DNA of 64,000 nt from Vicugna vicugna (taxonomy: Eukaryota): NCBI GenBank assembly GCA_013265495.1, contig MU058289.1, positions 1,857,451-1,921,450 of the forward strand, given 5' to 3'. This document shows positions 60,720 to 64,000 of the stretch, piece by piece (the first letter of the stretch is position 1; the number at the start of each line of letters is the position of its first letter). The position numbers and the translations under genes were made by a program. Below the pieces are notes generated by a model. It saw nothing but the letters and a program-made list of their open reading frames with translations, did not search any database and was not told where the DNA came from.

Positions 60720-63700
60720 CTGAAAAGCAAAGAGAACAGTATTAACAGTGGAAGTACCACTGTGCGGCTCCCAGGGACCTGCTTATGGGCTCTTGACTGT
60801 GGGTGCCTGGGCTGGAGGGTACTTGGGGTGGGCTCTGTGAAAGGCAGTTCAGAGATGGGAGCAGAGGCACCCTTCAGCGCAAATGCCCCTCCACTCCCAT
60901 ACCCATGGGGAGAGTAGGGGTGCAGCAAATATTTGGTCTCACTGGCTCCCAGCTGATGCACACATCTGGGGGTCTCACTTCCTGATGTGACCTGGAAGGT
61001 CCAGGAAGCACCCTGCCCAGGTGTGCCCACACACCCACCCAGTGGAGCAGCCAGGAACCTCACACTGTCAATGTCACGAGGAAAGGGCCCTTCGGGAGGA
61101 TCTTTCCATCTTCTCTCTACACCCTGCCTTGACTCAAGTCGACATGGACTTTTTGTACTCAACTATGACCCACTCCTACCCACACTCTTGCTCATACCAG
61201 GCCTGGGATTGGAACACACTCCTTCCCCTCAAACTGGGGCCTCCTCGCTGGCTCCAGAAAGTTCCTTTACCTAGATATCTGCTTTGCGATTTTGGCTGTC
61301 TCAGGTGGTCGTGGGGCTCTGGGGTGAACTGGCCTCATCCTGCTCACCTGGTCTCCTCCAGTGGGCAGAGGAGAGGCTAACACAGTGATTGATTGCCTGG
61401 CTACCCCTGCCTGGAGACTCGGGGGAGATGGAGAGAGATCAGTGCACCACTGGCTACACTTCAGAACATCCTCTCTGCCCACCAAGGAGGTGATTTTCCT
61501 GTGCTAGGGCCAGGGTCACTCAGGATAAGCCCTGGGGAGGCAAACCTTTGCCAGAGGAGAGGATTCTGCTTCATACCCAGTTTGACCCATTTTGGGGGAG
61601 GTCCTGAGAGGATTTCCTTCAGGGAAACCTACTTAGGAGTCTTGGTCTCCTTCGCTGTCCCTGCCTGGCCACTGAGACACTGGGGCTCTTCCTGCCCCTG
61701 TGCCATGTGAGTAGACATTTCTGCTCTGAGGCTTTGACAAAATAAGGACCAGCCATCCTTTAAACAAGCAGAGAGTTCCAGCTTCCAGCTGGCACAATAG
61801 GGCACTGTGTCGACCACACCTAACCGAGTTCTGGCTGCTGCCAGGGGTGGGGGGTGGGGTGTTCCGGAGGCCCAGTACTTCCCTGGCTGTCTCTGTGTAC
61901 TTGGCAGAGGTCCAGTGGCTGGGGCCCAGCTGGCGAGGGGACATCCAGGTTCTCTGTCCCTGACCCAGGGACTCTGCTGATTTCTCATGCTGTCTAGTTT
62001 TGCAGGTTCAGCCACTGCTATAATCCTGGCCTTATACTGGTTAGTCTGTGGATATGCCCACAATTCTTCATTCATCAGCAATAGAGGACTGGGGATGGGG
62101 GAGGACGTGAGGTCACCCATGGGCTGGAAAGTTAAAATCCCTGAGCGTGCCGGGAACTTCTTCGAGTCCCAAGAGTGGTGGAGATAAAGGCACAGCTTGT
62201 CACGTTGCATCTTTTTTCTGCTGCAATACAATTCTTTGATCTCTTTGGACTGGGAACAGGGGCTGACCCTTCCCTGGGCAAAGGGCAGAGTGTCCACACC
62301 TTCCTGGGCATTTCCAAGCTGATGTGCATATGTGTGTGTGCATGTGGGTGAGCACTGAAACAGGCCATCCAGATTCTTCCATGGAGGCTGAGGGGAAGCT
62401 CCACGTAGAACTGGCTGCACCTCTCAGGGGATGGGGTGTGAGTAATGGGTGCCCAGCCTTGAGAGCTCTTAGAATTAAGCTCCTCACAAGGGTTCCCCTC
62501 TCAGCCCAGAGTCTCCTTCCCTCTGCTGGCCACCCCCTGCCCCATGGCTGTCCCCAGCATGAGTTTCCTGAGCTCATTTCCCTCTGGTATGTGTGGGTTT
62601 CCTCCTGCAGCCAATGAACACAGGTCCCTTCACCAGAAGGGACCTTCTGCACACTCAGTTTTCCTCCACACTGCCGGGTTTCCTTAATTATTTTCTTCTG
62701 GTGATGGCAGCTGGCTCTGCTAAATCACTTCTCCTCCTCAGAGTCTCAGATATGGGAATTTACTCTGCTTGTCAGTCCTGTCAACCTGTCAAGGTGCGAT
62801 GGCGCTTATTTATATTCCTTTTCTGGAGCAAATGAATCATGCCAGATTTGGCCGAGAGTGGGGCTGAGGAGCCACTTACAAAAGGCATCTTGCCGGCGGG
62901 TGAAGTCGGATGAGTATGTGCTTACAGAGGTCACAGCTGTGACCTTCCACTGGCACCGTCCTCACAGCCTGGAGGGTGGTGGGCTGTGGGGCCTGACCTA
63001 TTTTATCTGTGCAGACTGGACAAGAGGGCACTGAACCCAAAGAGTTTCCAAGGTTGGCCCACTAGAAGACAGGTGGGGCCAGAGCTCTAGACAAAGACCC
63101 TGCTGGACAGCGCCCAGGGCTCAGTGAGTCTCCTGACATCTTGGTTACTTTTGCCCAACAAAGCCAATGTGGCTGCAACTGCCCGCTTTGGGAAAACAAA
63201 CAAACAAACAAACAACAAACAAAACAGAATTATCTTGTGGAAAACCCAATAGCAGATCTTATGTGGAGCCTGAGTTTGCCACAAGCTGCATGTTCCTGAC
63301 CTTGAACTTATGACAGCTTGTTTGTGAAGACTGAAACTGACCCATGTAGCCACTTTGGAATAAAGAAAGAAACAACGGAGGAAATGTAATGGGCTCGCCC
63401 GCTGGCCGGGGGCCAAGTGTCCATACTTTTTCCGTGGAGGAAGCTGCTCCTTCATGCACTGCGCAGATAAAGGCTGAAGCAAAGACCGTCTCCAGCTCAG
63501 AGTGCAGCGACGAGGAATCTTGGGCATCTTGAGGCAGGGGGACGTTCCCCAGAGGGCTGCACTTCAGGACCCTGGACAGCTCCGAGGCGCGCCAGAGGAA
63601 GGGCTCTGCCTCTGCTACACCAGGAGGAAGGTACTGCCGCCAGGAGCCCCCAGAACCCGTGCCATGGGGGACTTAGAGCAGGGCTTGGCCTCAATGTAAC

Positions 63701-64000
63701 ACCGCCAGCCCCCCTCCAAGCCCTCAAATAAGTGTGCAGTCTAGATAAAAGCCATGCCCTCAGCCTCCCCTTCCATCCAAAATCATCACGTTGCCTCTCA
63801 CATCCCATGTCTCCCTACCCCGACACTGTGACAGGAAACCCCAAGGAGAGTCATGTACACGATCCACTTTCAGAGTCTGAGTCACTTGTCTTCTCCTTTC
63901 AGCATAATATTAACAACCTGTAAGGGAGCCCTTCCCCCTGAAATGGTGAGAAATAAACAACCACTTTCTCTTTTTGGACAGAGAACATTCGCAGAGCAGT

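Overview
Mammalian genomic DNA, most likely camelid (three Vic-1-like tRNA-Ala-derived SINEs), syntenic to the human 19q13.11 CHST8-KCTD15 locus, with both genes on the minus strand. KCTD15 is complete. I reconstructed it exon by exon as an intact 283-aa BTB protein (five coding exons, 66+176+145+306+159 nt), with two 5' non-coding exons in a CpG island, an alternative 'DVL*' terminal exon and a ~2.8 kb 3' UTR. CHST8 is represented only by its last two coding exons and 3' UTR. The first ~14 kb is nested old L1, L2 and LTR debris. The intergenic region holds a decayed ERV-L (LTR16A-type) provirus with MaLR insertions. The most interesting observation is a spliced 29-codon uORF, in frame with KCTD15, whose stop codon directly abuts the weak-context annotated ATG; this predicts initiation at Met27. 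Other candidates are a UGUA-rich non-canonical proximal poly(A) site, a near-perfect RFX X-box palindrome, a PBX-MEIS/TCF/FOX-SOX motif cluster and divergent CTCF motifs. Repeat subfamily names and comparisons with human proteins come from recall, not from database searches, and repeat boundaries are approximate unless a TSD is cited. I see no prokaryote-type or wholly novel gene system.
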